Origin: an uncultured Actinomycetes bacterium
GTDB lineage: Bacteria; Actinomycetota; UBA4738; HRBIN12
Reading direction: 5' to 3'
DNA length: 64,000 nt
Assembly: GCA_963704725.1 (NCBI GenBank)
Contig: OY969934.1
Coordinates: forward strand, 2,272,001-2,336,000
Position numbers and translations under genes: made by a program. Shown piece after piece: positions 36,533-45,988 of this stretch. Numbering within the stretch: position 1 is the first letter of the stretch; the number at the start of each line of letters is the position of its first letter. A model generated the notes under the pieces. That model was not told the origin of the DNA. It did no database searches and saw only the letters and a program-made list of their open reading frames with translations.

Positions 36533-36575
36533 ACGCTACCCGGATCGGGAGGGCGGGGCCGTGATCGCGATCACA
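36533..36575 (-). promoter_or_regulatory. CRP/GlxR-type box at -41.5 plus -10 TAGCGT of the M23 gene
   Basis: CGTGA-TCGCGA-TCACA at 36560-36575 (9/10 match to TGTGA-N6-TCACA); -10 at 36533-36538. Confidence 0.7.
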
Positions 36576-36588
36576 GGACCGGGACGGG

Positions 36589-37518
36589 CTACTCGGTCTC
36601 GACGAGCTGGAGGCGGAGCTGGCCCACGGCCTTCGTGTGGATCTGGCAGACGCGCGACTCGGTGACCCCCAGGATCTCGCCGATCTCGGCGAGCGTGAGG
36701 CCCTCGAAATAGTACAGGGTGACCACGATCTTCTCGCGCTCGGAGAGCGAGTTGATCGCGGCGGCGAGCAGTCCCCGGGTCTCCTGCCCCTCGAGCCCGG
36801 TCGTGGGGTCGACGGTCCGGTCGGCCAGCGTGTCGAGCAGCGAGACCTGCTCGCCTCGGTCGGTCCCAACCGACAGCAGCTCGTCGAGCGCGAGCACCGA
36901 GACGAACGAGATCTGGTTGATGACGTCGTGGAGCTCGGACATCGACACGCCGAGGCGCTCGGCCAGCTCGCGCTCGCTCGGAGCCCGCTTGAGGATCGAC
37001 TCGAGGTCCGCGTAGGCCTTCTCGATCTCGCGCGCTTTGAACCGAACCGAGCGCGGGACCCAGTCCATCGCCCGCAGCTCGTCGATGATGGCGCCCTTGA
37101 TCCGCGGGATGGCGTAGGTCTCGAACTTGTTGCCGCGGGCCGGCTCGAACTTCTCCAGGGCGTCGATGAGGCCGAACATCCCGTACGAGACGAGGTCGGC
37201 CTGCTCGACGCTGGCGGGCAGACCGGTCGCGACACGGCTGGCCACGTACTTGACGAGCGGGGCGTAGTGCAGGATCAGGCGCTCCCGGGCCGAGGGCGAC
37301 GCGCTCTGCTTGAACTCTCCCCACAGGCCGGTGAGCTCGGCGGCTGCGTCGACGGGCTCTCGGTCCAGGACCGCGATGGCGGCCGGCTTCTTGGCGCGGG
37401 CGGTCCTTCCTCGGGCGCCGGGCTTCGCCGCGGCGTCGGCCGGTACCTTGACCGGGCGCTTCGCGGGGGCCGGTGGCTTCGCCGGCTCCTTCGAGGAGCT
37501 CTTGGTCGCTCGCGGCAT
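36589..37518 (-). CDS. whiG: FliA/WhiG-family RNA polymerase sigma factor
   Basis: [71 protein letters not shown]. Confidence 0.93.
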   Translation of the reverse strand: MPRATKSSSKEPAKPPAPAKRPVKVPADAAAKPGARGRTARAKKPAAIAVLDREPVDAAAELTGLWGEFKQSASPSARERLILHYAPLVKYVASRVATGLPASVEQADLVSYGMFGLIDALEKFEPARGNKFETYAIPRIKGAIIDELRAMDWVPRSVRFKAREIEKAYADLESILKRAPSERELAERLGVSMSELHDVINQISFVSVLALDELLSVGTDRGEQVSLLDTLADRTVDPTTGLEGQETRGLLAAAINSLSEREKIVVTLYYFEGLTLAEIGEILGVTESRVCQIHTKAVGQLRLQLVETE

Positions 37519-38450
37519 CAGGCCCTCGGGTGACTCTGCCGATACGCCTCGAACAGCCGTGAGCGGGTCACGTGCGTGTAGCGCTGGGTCGTGGCCACGC
37601 TCGCGTGTCCGAGGAGCTCCTGCACGGCCCTGATGTCGGCTCCCCCCTCCAGGAGATGGGTCGCGAACGAGTGCCGCAGCGTGTGTGGCGTCACCCGCCG
37701 CCCGGTCAGCGTGGCGTCACCGTATCGTCCCACAAGGCGCCGGATGTCGCGTACCCCGACCTGGGCGTTCCTTCGGTTCAGGAACAGGGCGGGGGTGGGC
37801 GTCTCCCCCACCATCGCCGGGCGACCCTCCCGGATCCAGGCGCGGACGGCCGCCCGGGCCGGATCCGAGATCGGCAGCTCGCGCTCCTTGGATCCCTTGC
37901 CCAGCACGAGCACGCGTTCCCGGTCGAGGTCGACGCGGTCCAGGGTCAGGCCGGCCACCTCGCTCACCCGGAGCCCCGACCCGTACATCAGCTCCATGAT
38001 GGCCCGGTCGCGGAGCGCGATCGCCCGTTCGACCTCGTCGTCGCCGTCCGGCCGGGGGGCCTCCACCAGCGCCGCCGCCTCGGGCACGCGCAGCACGACG
38101 GGGAGCCGCGACGCCACCTTGGGCCGCCCCAGGAGGGCCGCGGGGTCCAGGCGGGCGTGCCCGCCCGCGACCGCCCAGCGATAGAACGTGTGGATCGCTC
38201 CCACCCGGCGGGCCACGGAGGCCCGCGCATACCCCAGGGTCGTGAGCTGCGCCAGGAACCGGCGCAGGTCGTTCAGGGTGGCCGCCGTGAGCGACCGGTG
38301 CCCGCGCGAGAGGAACCGGGCGAGCTGGGTCAGGTCGCGCCGGTAGGCGATCACCGTGCTCTCGGCGAGATGCCGCTCGAACGCCAGATGGCCAGCGAAG
38401 CCCTCGATCAGGGCAGCGTCGCGCAGGGGAAGGTCCTCGCGGGTCGGCAT
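37518..38450 (-). CDS. xerC: Tyrosine recombinase XerC
   Basis: [52 protein letters not shown]; position next to dprA. Confidence 0.88.
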   Translation of the reverse strand: MPTREDLPLRDAALIEGFAGHLAFERHLAESTVIAYRRDLTQLARFLSRGHRSLTAATLNDLRRFLAQLTTLGYARASVARRVGAIHTFYRWAVAGGHARLDPAALLGRPKVASRLPVVLRVPEAAALVEAPRPDGDDEVERAIALRDRAIMELMYGSGLRVSEVAGLTLDRVDLDRERVLVLGKGSKERELPISDPARAAVRAWIREGRPAMVGETPTPALFLNRRNAQVGVRDIRRLVGRYGDATLTGRRVTPHTLRHSFATHLLEGGADIRAVQELLGHASVATTQRYTHVTRSRLFEAYRQSHPRA

Positions 38451-38533
38451 GGAGGTTCCCGCACCTTGTACCTCCAGTGACCCCTGCGTTCAAGCCTTCC
38501 GACGGCGACCCCCGGTCGTCCTACGATGGAAGG

Positions 38534-39904
38534 GTGGCCGTCGACCTCATCATCACGCCCGGTCTGGGAGACAACAGCTATCTGCTGTCGTCCGGGGACG
38601 AGGCGGCCGCGATCGATCCCCAGCGCGATGTCGGGACCCTGCTCGAACGCGCCCGGGAGCGTGGGGCCCGCATCCGCTACGTCGTCGAGACGCACGTCCA
38701 CAACGACTACGTCTCGGGAGCGGCCGAGCTCCGGGCGGCCACCGGAGCGGAGATCCTCGGCCCCGCCCATGCCGGCTACGCCTTCCCGTTCCGCCCGCTC
38801 GCGGACGGCGACGAGATCGCCGTCGGCGACGCGGTGCTGGCGGCGGTGGAGGCTCCCGGCCACACGTTCGAGCACACCGCGTACGCCGTGCGCGAGGCCG
38901 GGGAGGCGGCGCCCTCGGCGTTGTTCTCCGGGGGAAGCCTCATCGTGGGCAGCGCCGGCCGCACGGACCTGTTCGGTCCCGAGCGCACCGAGGAGCTCAC
39001 GCGCCTCCAGTTCGGCACGATGCGACGGCTGGCGGAGCTCGCCGACGACGTCGCCCTGCTACCGACCCACGGCGCCGGGAGCTTCTGCGCGACCTCGCCA
39101 CCCGGGGAGCTGCGCACGTCCACGATCGGCGCCGAGCGGCTCGGCAACCCGGCGCTGGCCGCCGTCGACGAGGCGAGGTTCTCGGCCGAGCAGCTGAGCG
39201 GCCTGTCGCGCTTCCCGGCCTACTACGCGCACATGGCGCCCATCAACCGGGCCGGGCCGGCCGTGTTCGGAGACGTCCCGATCCCTTCGGCCAGATCGGC
39301 CGCAGACGTCGCCGCGATGCTCGAGGCGGGCGCATGGCTCGTCGACGCGCGCGACGGCGCGTCGTTCGCGGCGGCGCACGTGCCGGGCTCGCTCAACATC
39401 CCGCTGGAGGAGTCGTTCGCGAGCTACGTGGGCTGGCTCGTGCCGTTCGGTGCGCCCCTGACCCTGCTCGTGCCCGACGACGAGGCCCTGGTCGAGGCCT
39501 CGACCCAGCTGTTCCGGATCGGGTACGAGGGCATGCAGGGGCACCTCGACGGCGGGGTCGACGCCTGGCGCGACCGCGGCGGCGAGGTCGCGTCCTATCC
39601 CACCGTGAGCGTGGCCGACCTGGTGAGGGAGATCGAGCGCGGCGAGGCGGCCGGGGTCGTCGACGTGCGGCAGCCCTCCGAGTGGGACGCCGGCCATCTC
39701 GAGCACAGCCGGCACGTGTTCGTCGCCGACGTCCAGGACGGACTCGACACGTTCGACCGGGCGGCCCCGTCGACCCTCGTGTGCGCGAGCGGCTATCGCG
39801 CCGCGATGGCGGCGAGCCTGCTCGACCGCGGCGGGGTCCCGGTCAGGCTCGTCGCCCGCAGCGGCGTCCCTCGCGCGCTGCGGTTGCTCGACCGGCGCGC
39901 CTGA
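38534..39904 (+). CDS. MBL-fold persulfide dioxygenase-like protein with two rhodanese domains
   Basis: Start refined to GTG 38534 (-10 TACGAT 6 nt upstream); ETHVHNDYVSG, PGHT.EH, GRTDL, PTHGAGSFC; rhodanese DAR..HVPGS and DVR..CASGYRA. Confidence 0.88.
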   Translation: MAVDLIITPGLGDNSYLLSSGDEAAAIDPQRDVGTLLERARERGARIRYVVETHVHNDYVSGAAELRAATGAEILGPAHAGYAFPFRPLADGDEIAVGDAVLAAVEAPGHTFEHTAYAVREAGEAAPSALFSGGSLIVGSAGRTDLFGPERTEELTRLQFGTMRRLAELADDVALLPTHGAGSFCATSPPGELRTSTIGAERLGNPALAAVDEARFSAEQLSGLSRFPAYYAHMAPINRAGPAVFGDVPIPSARSAADVAAMLEAGAWLVDARDGASFAAAHVPGSLNIPLEESFASYVGWLVPFGAPLTLLVPDDEALVEASTQLFRIGYEGMQGHLDGGVDAWRDRGGEVASYPTVSVADLVREIERGEAAGVVDVRQPSEWDAGHLEHSRHVFVADVQDGLDTFDRAAPSTLVCASGYRAAMAASLLDRGGVPVRLVARSGVPRALRLLDRRA

Positions 39905-39913
39905 GGGACGACC

Positions 39914-41053
39914 TCATCCGGGCGCGCTCCCCTGCAGCGTGCACTCGTACCGGCCCCCGACGCCGCGCACCAGGCCGCGCAGCTCGAGGCGCATCAACAG
40001 CCCGACCGCCTGGGGCACGCTCGCCCCGAGCGCCGAGGCGACCCGTTCGGGCAGTGTCGGGCCCACAAGGAGGTCGAGGACCCGGCGCTCCTCGTCGGAG
40101 ACGCCGGCGCCCTCGGCCACCCGGTCGGCCTCGAGCCGCAGGCCGAGGTCCTCGAGCAGGTCGCCCGCGCCTCGGATCATCGTCGCGCCGTCGCGGATCA
40201 GCTGGAGCGGCACCACCGACAGCGCGCTGGTGACCGGTCCCGGCACGGCGTACACGTCGCGCCCGAACTCCATGGCGTGCTCCGCGGTGATCATCGATCC
40301 GCTCCCGCTCGCGCCCTCGACCACCACGGTCGCCGAGCACAGCCCCGCAACGATGCGGTTGCGGGCCGGGAAGTTGCGCTGGAACGGCGGCGTGCCGGGG
40401 GCGAGCTCCGACACCACCGTGCCCGAGCTCCGGATCCGTTGGAGCAGCGTCCGGCTGGTGCGCGGGTAGTCGACGTCGACGCCGCATCCCATCACGGCGA
40501 TCGTCGGCCCACCGGCGTCGAGCGCGCCGGCGTGGCTCGCGGCGTCGATCCCGAGCGCGGCACCGCTCACGACGGTGGCCCCCGCCGACCCGAGCGCCCG
40601 CCCGATCTCCCGTGCGACCTCCCGGCCGAGCTCGGTGCAGCGCCGAGCGCCGACGACGGCCACGGCCGACGTCGGATCCGGGGGCGGCGGTCCCGTCACG
40701 TACAGGACGGCCGGGGGGTCGTGGATGTGCCGGAGCTGCGACGGGTATTCGGGCGATCCCCACGCCACGACGCGGGCCCCGTGCGCCGAGGCCGCGGCCG
40801 CGATGTCCGCTGGGTCGAGCTCGAGGGCGAACGCTCGATCGTTGGCGCTCCCCGCCCGGCCCTGTCGGATCTCGGCCAGGACGGCCGAGGCCGTGCCGTG
40901 CTCGACGCCGAGCGCGAGCAGCCGGCGAGGCGTCACGCCTCGCAGCGCCGAGAGCACGAGGGCGGCATCCCGGTCCAGACGGCCCTGCGCGAACCCGTCG
41001 GGCCACACGGGCCACGTTCGGTCCGGCGATCCCCGGTCGGGGTCAGCCCACAC
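39914..41053 (-). CDS. dprA: DNA-processing protein DprA
   Basis: AVVGAR, VSGAALGIDAASH, FPARNRIVAGL, VVEG..GSGS, VPG; C-terminal winged helix. Confidence 0.96.
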   Translation of the reverse strand: MWADPDRGSPDRTWPVWPDGFAQGRLDRDAALVLSALRGVTPRRLLALGVEHGTASAVLAEIRQGRAGSANDRAFALELDPADIAAAASAHGARVVAWGSPEYPSQLRHIHDPPAVLYVTGPPPPDPTSAVAVVGARRCTELGREVAREIGRALGSAGATVVSGAALGIDAASHAGALDAGGPTIAVMGCGVDVDYPRTSRTLLQRIRSSGTVVSELAPGTPPFQRNFPARNRIVAGLCSATVVVEGASGSGSMITAEHAMEFGRDVYAVPGPVTSALSVVPLQLIRDGATMIRGAGDLLEDLGLRLEADRVAEGAGVSDEERRVLDLLVGPTLPERVASALGASVPQAVGLLMRLELRGLVRGVGGRYECTLQGSAPG

Positions 41054-42578
41054 GGACCGGTCCGCCGTTCGGCTCGGTCGAGCGGTAGGCGAGGGCCTCG
41101 ACCACGTGGTCCGGCGCGATCCGCTCCTGCCCGGCGAGGTCGGCGATCGTCCGGGCGACCTTCAGCGTGCGGTCGAAGCCGCGGCCCGTGAGCCCATGGC
41201 GATCCACCGCCTCGGCCAGCAGCTCGCGAGCGGGCGGGGCGATCCGTGCCTCGCGTCGGGCGGCCGGGCCCGGGAGCTGCGCGTTGCAGTGGAATCCCGT
41301 GCCGGCGTAGCGGCGGCGCTGCCGGTCCCGGGCCGCCTCGACGCGTTCGCGAACGGCCAGCGACGGCTCGCCGGCCGTCTCGCCGAGCAGCTCCTGCTTC
41401 GTCAGTCGCGGCACCGTCAGCCGAAGGTCGACGCGGTCGAGGAGGGGACCCGAGAGCTTGGCCCGATAGGCCTCCACTCGATGATCCGGACAGGTGCACC
41501 GGCGGGCCGCGTCACCGTCGAACCCGCACGGGCAGGGATTGGCCGCCGCGACGAGGGTGAAGCGCGCGGGGAACTCGGCGGACCCGATCACGCGCGTGAC
41601 GACGACGCGCCCGTCCTCCAGCGGCTGTCGAAGGCCCTCGGTGGCGTCGCGCCGGAACTCGGTGAACTCGTCCATGAACAGGACGCCGTTGTGAGCGAGC
41701 GAGACCTCGCCCGGCCGCAGGTGCGTCGAGCCTCCGCCGAGCAGCGCGGCCATCGAGACGGTGTGATGGGGCGAACGGAACGGGCGCTCCGGAACCAGCC
41801 CCCCGCCGTCGAGGAGCCCGGCGACGGAGTGCAGCTGGGTCACCTCGAGCGCCTCGGCCCGGGACATCGTCGGCAAGATGGTGGCCAGCCGGCGCGCGAG
41901 CATCGTCTTGCCGGCGCCGGGCGCGCCGATCAGCAACACGTTGTGCCCGCCGGCCGCCGCCACCTCCAGGGCCCGCCGGGCCTGGGCCTGCCCCCGCACC
42001 TCGGCCAGGTCGACCTGGTGTCCGTCGGCGGGCGGTTGGGGGTGGCGTTCGGGGGGAGCGGGCCGCCACGTGCCTCGGAAGAAGCCGACCACGTCGCGGA
42101 GCGAGGGGGCGCCGACGACCTCCAGCCCCTCGACCAGGGCGGCCTCCGCGGCGTTGGCATCCGGCACGACGACCCCTCGGAGGGCGTGACGCGTCGCGGC
42201 GATGGCCACCGAGAGCACGCCCGGGGTGGAGACGAGCGTCCCCCGCAGCGAGAGCTCGCCCGCGAACGCCCATCCCTCGAGGGCGGAGGCGCGCGCCTGG
42301 CCCGTGGCCGCGAGCACGCCCATGGCGACCGGCAGATCGAGTCCGGGACCCTCCTTGCGCAGGTTGCCCGGCGCCAGGTTCACGACGACGCGGCGAAGGG
42401 GCCACTCCAATCCCGCGCTCTCGACCGCGGGCCGGATCCGGTCACGCGCGTCATGCACCGCCGCCCCCGGGAGCCCGGTGAGCGTGAGCGAGGGAAGGCC
42501 ACGCCCGACGTGCGCCTCGACGACGACCGGATGGCCGCGCACCCCGACGACGGTGACCCCCACCACGCGTCCGTACAC
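41043..42578 (-). CDS. comM: ComM/YifB Mg-chelatase-like AAA+ helicase
   Basis: VNLAPG.LRKEG..DL, GAPGAGKTMLA, PFRSPHH, PGEVSLAHNGVLFMDE, NPCPCG, SGPLLDRVD. Confidence 0.96.
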   Translation of the reverse strand: MYGRVVGVTVVGVRGHPVVVEAHVGRGLPSLTLTGLPGAAVHDARDRIRPAVESAGLEWPLRRVVVNLAPGNLRKEGPGLDLPVAMGVLAATGQARASALEGWAFAGELSLRGTLVSTPGVLSVAIAATRHALRGVVVPDANAAEAALVEGLEVVGAPSLRDVVGFFRGTWRPAPPERHPQPPADGHQVDLAEVRGQAQARRALEVAAAGGHNVLLIGAPGAGKTMLARRLATILPTMSRAEALEVTQLHSVAGLLDGGGLVPERPFRSPHHTVSMAALLGGGSTHLRPGEVSLAHNGVLFMDEFTEFRRDATEGLRQPLEDGRVVVTRVIGSAEFPARFTLVAAANPCPCGFDGDAARRCTCPDHRVEAYRAKLSGPLLDRVDLRLTVPRLTKQELLGETAGEPSLAVRERVEAARDRQRRRYAGTGFHCNAQLPGPAARREARIAPPARELLAEAVDRHGLTGRGFDRTLKVARTIADLAGQERIAPDHVVEALAYRSTEPNGGPVRVG

Positions 42579-42587
42579 CGTCGGTCG

Positions 42588-42609
42588 ACGTTAGCGCCCG
42601 GCACCGACA
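42588..42609 (-). promoter_or_regulatory. PafBC/RecA-NDp-type promoter of comM-dprA
   Basis: TGTCGG-tgccgggcgc(10 nt)-TAACGT, 9 nt before the GTG. Confidence 0.75.
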
Positions 42610-42625
42610 TCCCGGCGCACCGACC

Positions 42626-42994
42626 CTAGAACGCGTCTTCGAACACCTCGACGTCCGCCCGTCCGCCGCCGAGCCACACGCTGGCGACGTCGAACCGGAT
42701 GCGCGCATGCTCCTCGTCGTGGGACGCGAGGAAGGCCTCGGCGAGCTGCCGGAGCTTGCGGCGCTTGGACCAGGTCACCGCCTCGTACCCGCCGCCGAAC
42801 GCCGCGCCCGTGCGGGTCTTCACCTCGCAGAAGACGAGCAGGCCCGCCCGCTCCACGACCAGGTCGAGCTCGCCGAGCGGGCATCTCCAATTGCGCGCGA
42901 CCTCACGGAACCCGCGTCGTAGGTAGACGCGCAGGGCGGCCGACTCGCCGTCGCGGCCTCGCGCGGCGCGGCGGTCGATCGTGGAGACGGCCAT
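42626..42994 (-). CDS. yraN: YraN (UPF0102) PD-(D/E)xK nuclease
   Basis: Start refined to ATG 42994; G..GE..A, RNWRCPLGELDLV, FCEVKTR, RFDVA. Confidence 0.95.
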   Translation of the reverse strand: MAVSTIDRRAARGRDGESAALRVYLRRGFREVARNWRCPLGELDLVVERAGLLVFCEVKTRTGAAFGGGYEAVTWSKRRKLRQLAEAFLASHDEEHARIRFDVASVWLGGGRADVEVFEDAF

Positions 42995-43001
42995 GTCGCG
43001 G

Positions 43002-43023
43002 ACGCTACCGCGACCCGCCGACA
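43002..43023 (-). promoter_or_regulatory. PafBC/RecA-NDp-type promoter of yraN
   Basis: TGTCGG-cgggtcgcgg(10 nt)-TAGCGT, 7 nt before the ATG. Confidence 0.75.
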
Positions 43024-43036
43024 CGACCCGGCCCGG

Positions 43037-43339
43037 CTACGGCGTGAGCGTCGTCTCGTCGGGCCGGAGCTCCTCGACGTTCACGTCCCGCCGCGTCAGG
43101 ACGCGCACGGTCGAGACGAATCTGGCCGGACGGAAGATCTCCCACACCCAGGCGTCCTCCAGCCGGACCTCGACCCACCCGCCTTCCCGATGCTCGAGCT
43201 CGACCCTGTTGGCGAGGTAGAAGCGCTTGTCGGTCTCGACGGCGAACGCGAACAACGGCAGGACGTCGCGGTACTCGCGGTACAGCTCGAGCTCGCGCTC
43301 GTCCTCGAACCGCTCGATGTCGTCCTCTTCGTCGCTCAC
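43037..43339 (-). CDS. DUF2469 family protein (actinobacterial)
   Basis: ELELYREYRDV, VETDKRFYLAN, DAWVWE.FRPARFV, DVNVEEL. Confidence 0.9.
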   Translation of the reverse strand: MSDEEDDIERFEDERELELYREYRDVLPLFAFAVETDKRFYLANRVELEHREGGWVEVRLEDAWVWEIFRPARFVSTVRVLTRRDVNVEELRPDETTLTP

Positions 43340-44010
43340 CGCTCGCTCACCTCGCTCCCTTGCCGACCGCCTTCATACCACCAGGCACCGTCGTAGTAGT
43401 CCGTGGCCAGCCCCTTGAAGGAGTAGCGGTGGATCGGGCTCGGTCCGTGGCGCCGGATCGCGTCGCGATGCTCCTTCGTCCCGTAGCCACGGTTGTGGTC
43501 GAAGCCGTAGGCGGGGAACCGGCGGTGGTACCGGTCCATCATCCGGTCCCGCGTGACCTTCGCCACGATCGAGGCGGCGGCGATCGAGCCCGTCACCGCG
43601 TCACCCTTCTTGACCGACAGGATGGGGATGGTCAGCCGCTTGACCGGGAACCCGTCCGTCAGCACGTAGTCGGGCGTGACGGACAGTGTGGTGACGCAGC
43701 GCCGGAGGAGCCAGACGTTGGTCTTGTGCAGGCCGCGCCGGTCGATGCGGGTCGGCGTGCACCGGCACACCGACCAGGCCACCGCGTCGCGGACGATGCG
43801 CTCGTACGCGGTCTCGCGCTGGGCCGGCGTGAGCACCTTGGAGTCGTTCACCCCGTCCAGGTCGAAGCCCTCGGGCAGGATGACGGCCGCGGCGACGAGC
43901 GGCCCCGCCAGCGCGCCGCGGCCGGCCTCGTCCGCGCCGGCGATCCGGGAGAACCCCTGCGCCCGAAGCTCGCGCTCGTACCGGTCGAGGTCGAGCGCTA
44001 GTGGATCCAT
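43336..44010 (-). CDS. rnhB: Ribonuclease HII
   Basis: GADEAGRGALAGP, DSK.L, TDG, KGD, SIAAASIVAKVTRD; start taken at ATG 44010. Confidence 0.96.
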   Translation of the reverse strand: MDPLALDLDRYERELRAQGFSRIAGADEAGRGALAGPLVAAAVILPEGFDLDGVNDSKVLTPAQRETAYERIVRDAVAWSVCRCTPTRIDRRGLHKTNVWLLRRCVTTLSVTPDYVLTDGFPVKRLTIPILSVKKGDAVTGSIAAASIVAKVTRDRMMDRYHRRFPAYGFDHNRGYGTKEHRDAIRRHGPSPIHRYSFKGLATDYYDGAWWYEGGRQGSEVSER

Positions 44011-44669
44011 CCTGCCCTCGACGGCGGCCACATGATCACGAACGCCCGCCCGATCACCTTGTCGATCGGCACGTAGCCCAACCCGAACCTCGAGTCCTTC
44101 GAGTTGAGCCGATTGTCCCCCAGGACGAACAGCGACCCCGGCGGCACCTGGACCGGACCGTAGTCGCGCGTGTCCGGAGGGCCCGACAGGTAGGGCTCGG
44201 GGATGCGGCGCCCGTCGATCAGCAGGCGCCCGTTCCGCAGCTCGACCACCTCCCCGGGCAGCCCGATGACCCGCTTGATGAGGTCCTCGTTCTCGGGTTG
44301 GGCGAACCCGAGCGTCTCGGAGAGCCAGTGGGCGATGCCGCCGACGACCCCCCGGTCCGGTCCGGGCCGGCCCTGCGGATCGGAGAAGACGATCACGTCG
44401 CCGCGGGTGGGGTGGTCGAAGGCCTTCAGCACGAGCACCCGGTCGCCCGGGAACAGCGTGGGCTCCATCGACTCGGAGGGGATGAAGAAGGCCTGGACGG
44501 CGAACGTCTTGAGCAGGAGGGCCAGGGTGAAGGCCAGGACGACCAGCACCGGCAGCTCGCGCAGGAACGCGAGGACGCTCTTGTGGGGACGCGGTGGGGC
44601 CGGCTCGGCGAGGGTGAAGCCTCCGGTCCGGTCGGCCCGCTCGACCGAGCCCGACGGACCCTGCGACAC
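43998..44669 (-). CDS. lepB: Signal peptidase I
   Basis: IPSESMEPTL..GDRV, IKRVIGLPG, GDNRLNSKDSR. Confidence 0.96.
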   Translation of the reverse strand: MSQGPSGSVERADRTGGFTLAEPAPPRPHKSVLAFLRELPVLVVLAFTLALLLKTFAVQAFFIPSESMEPTLFPGDRVLVLKAFDHPTRGDVIVFSDPQGRPGPDRGVVGGIAHWLSETLGFAQPENEDLIKRVIGLPGEVVELRNGRLLIDGRRIPEPYLSGPPDTRDYGPVQVPPGSLFVLGDNRLNSKDSRFGLGYVPIDKVIGRAFVIMWPPSRAGWIH

Positions 44670-44672
44670 CGC

Positions 44673-45215
44673 CTAGCCCTGGTCCTCGGTCTCGGCTCCC
44701 GCCCCGGCGGCCACGACCTCCGCCTCGGCCGCGGGTTCGGGCTCCTCGGCGGTCTCCGCGTCGACCTGGGCCTCGGCCGTCTCGTCGGGCTCGGCCTCCT
44801 CGTCCTCGGACCCGTTGCCGGCGGACGCGCGCTCCGCCTCGGCGGCGGCGATCTCGGCGAGCTCCTCCTCACCCAGGCGGCGCTCCTTGATGCGGGCCTT
44901 CTTGCCCCGCAGCTCGCGCAGGTAGTAGAGCTTGGCGCGGCGGACCTTGCCCCGGGAGACCACCTCGAGCTTGCCGATCGAGGGCGAGTGCAGCGGGAAC
45001 GTTCGTTCCACGCCCACCCCGAAGGAGATCTTCCGCACGGTGAACGTCTCCTGCAGGCCGCCTCCCTGACGCCGGATCACGACGCCCTGGAAGACCTGGA
45101 TCCGCTCCCGGCCGGCCTCGACGACGCGGACGTGCACCTTCACGGTGTCGCCCGGACGGAACTCGGGGACGTCCGTGCGCAGATAGGCCTGGTCGACGAG
45201 ATCGGTTCTGTTCAT
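44673..45215 (-). CDS. rplS: 50S ribosomal protein L19 with an acidic C-terminal tail
   Basis: Start ATG 45215; [46 protein letters not shown]. Confidence 0.98.
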   Translation of the reverse strand: MNRTDLVDQAYLRTDVPEFRPGDTVKVHVRVVEAGRERIQVFQGVVIRRQGGGLQETFTVRKISFGVGVERTFPLHSPSIGKLEVVSRGKVRRAKLYYLRELRGKKARIKERRLGEEELAEIAAAEAERASAGNGSEDEEAEPDETAEAQVDAETAEEPEPAAEAEVVAAGAGAETEDQG

Positions 45216-45256
45216 GGCGGGACGGCCATGGTAGCAGGCCGGGTTGAGGGCCCCGG

Positions 45257-45931
45257 TCAGCCTTCGAGCAGGTCGGGGCGCATCCTGCGGGTCTTCTCCA
45301 GCGCGGCCTCGCGGCGCCACCGCTCGATCTCCGCATGGTTCCCCGAACGCAGCACCTCGGGCACCGCCATCCCTCGGAACTCCGGCGGGCGCGTGTAGTG
45401 CGGGTGATCGAGCAGTCCGTCCGGCCCGAACGAGTCCCGCTCGTGGGACTCCTCCCGCCCGATCACGCCGGGCACGAGCCGCGTGACGGCCTCGAGCACG
45501 ACGAGCGCCGGCAGCTCCCCGCCGGAGAGCACGTAGTCCCCGATCGAGACCTCCTCGGCCGGCAGCCCCTCGGCGACCCGCTCGTCGACCCCCTCGTACC
45601 GCCCGCAGATGAGCACCAGCCACGGCTCCCCGGCGAGCTCTCGCACCAGCGCCTGGTCGAAGGGTCGCCCGGCCGGCGAGAGCAACAGGACCCGCTTGGG
45701 TCCCTCGCCGAGGGCCTCGACCGCGGCGAAGACCGGCTCGGGCTTCATCACCATCCCCGGCCCGCCCCCGTAGGACTCGTCGTCCACCTGCCGGTGGCGA
45801 TCCGTCGTGTGGTCGCGGATGTCGTGGACCCGGACGTCGAGCAGACCGGCCTCGATGCCCTTGCCGAGCAGGCTCTCGCGCATGGGGCTCTCGAAGATGC
45901 CGGGGAAGATCGTCAGGACGTCGATGCGCAC
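45257..45931 (-). CDS. trmD: tRNA (guanine37-N1)-methyltransferase
   Basis: [39 protein letters not shown]. Confidence 0.98.
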   Translation of the reverse strand: MRIDVLTIFPGIFESPMRESLLGKGIEAGLLDVRVHDIRDHTTDRHRQVDDESYGGGPGMVMKPEPVFAAVEALGEGPKRVLLLSPAGRPFDQALVRELAGEPWLVLICGRYEGVDERVAEGLPAEEVSIGDYVLSGGELPALVVLEAVTRLVPGVIGREESHERDSFGPDGLLDHPHYTRPPEFRGMAVPEVLRSGNHAEIERWRREAALEKTRRMRPDLLEG

Positions 45932-45988
45932 CAGCCGAGGCTAACGCGCCGACGGAGCTCGCGCCGATCCGGTCGGGGCGTGGCCGAG

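Noticed and set aside
37518-38450. Tyrosine recombinase as a phage or island integrase
   Set aside because: XerC/D-like sequence and length, conserved dprA-xerC context, and no att repeats, tRNA target or cargo genes.
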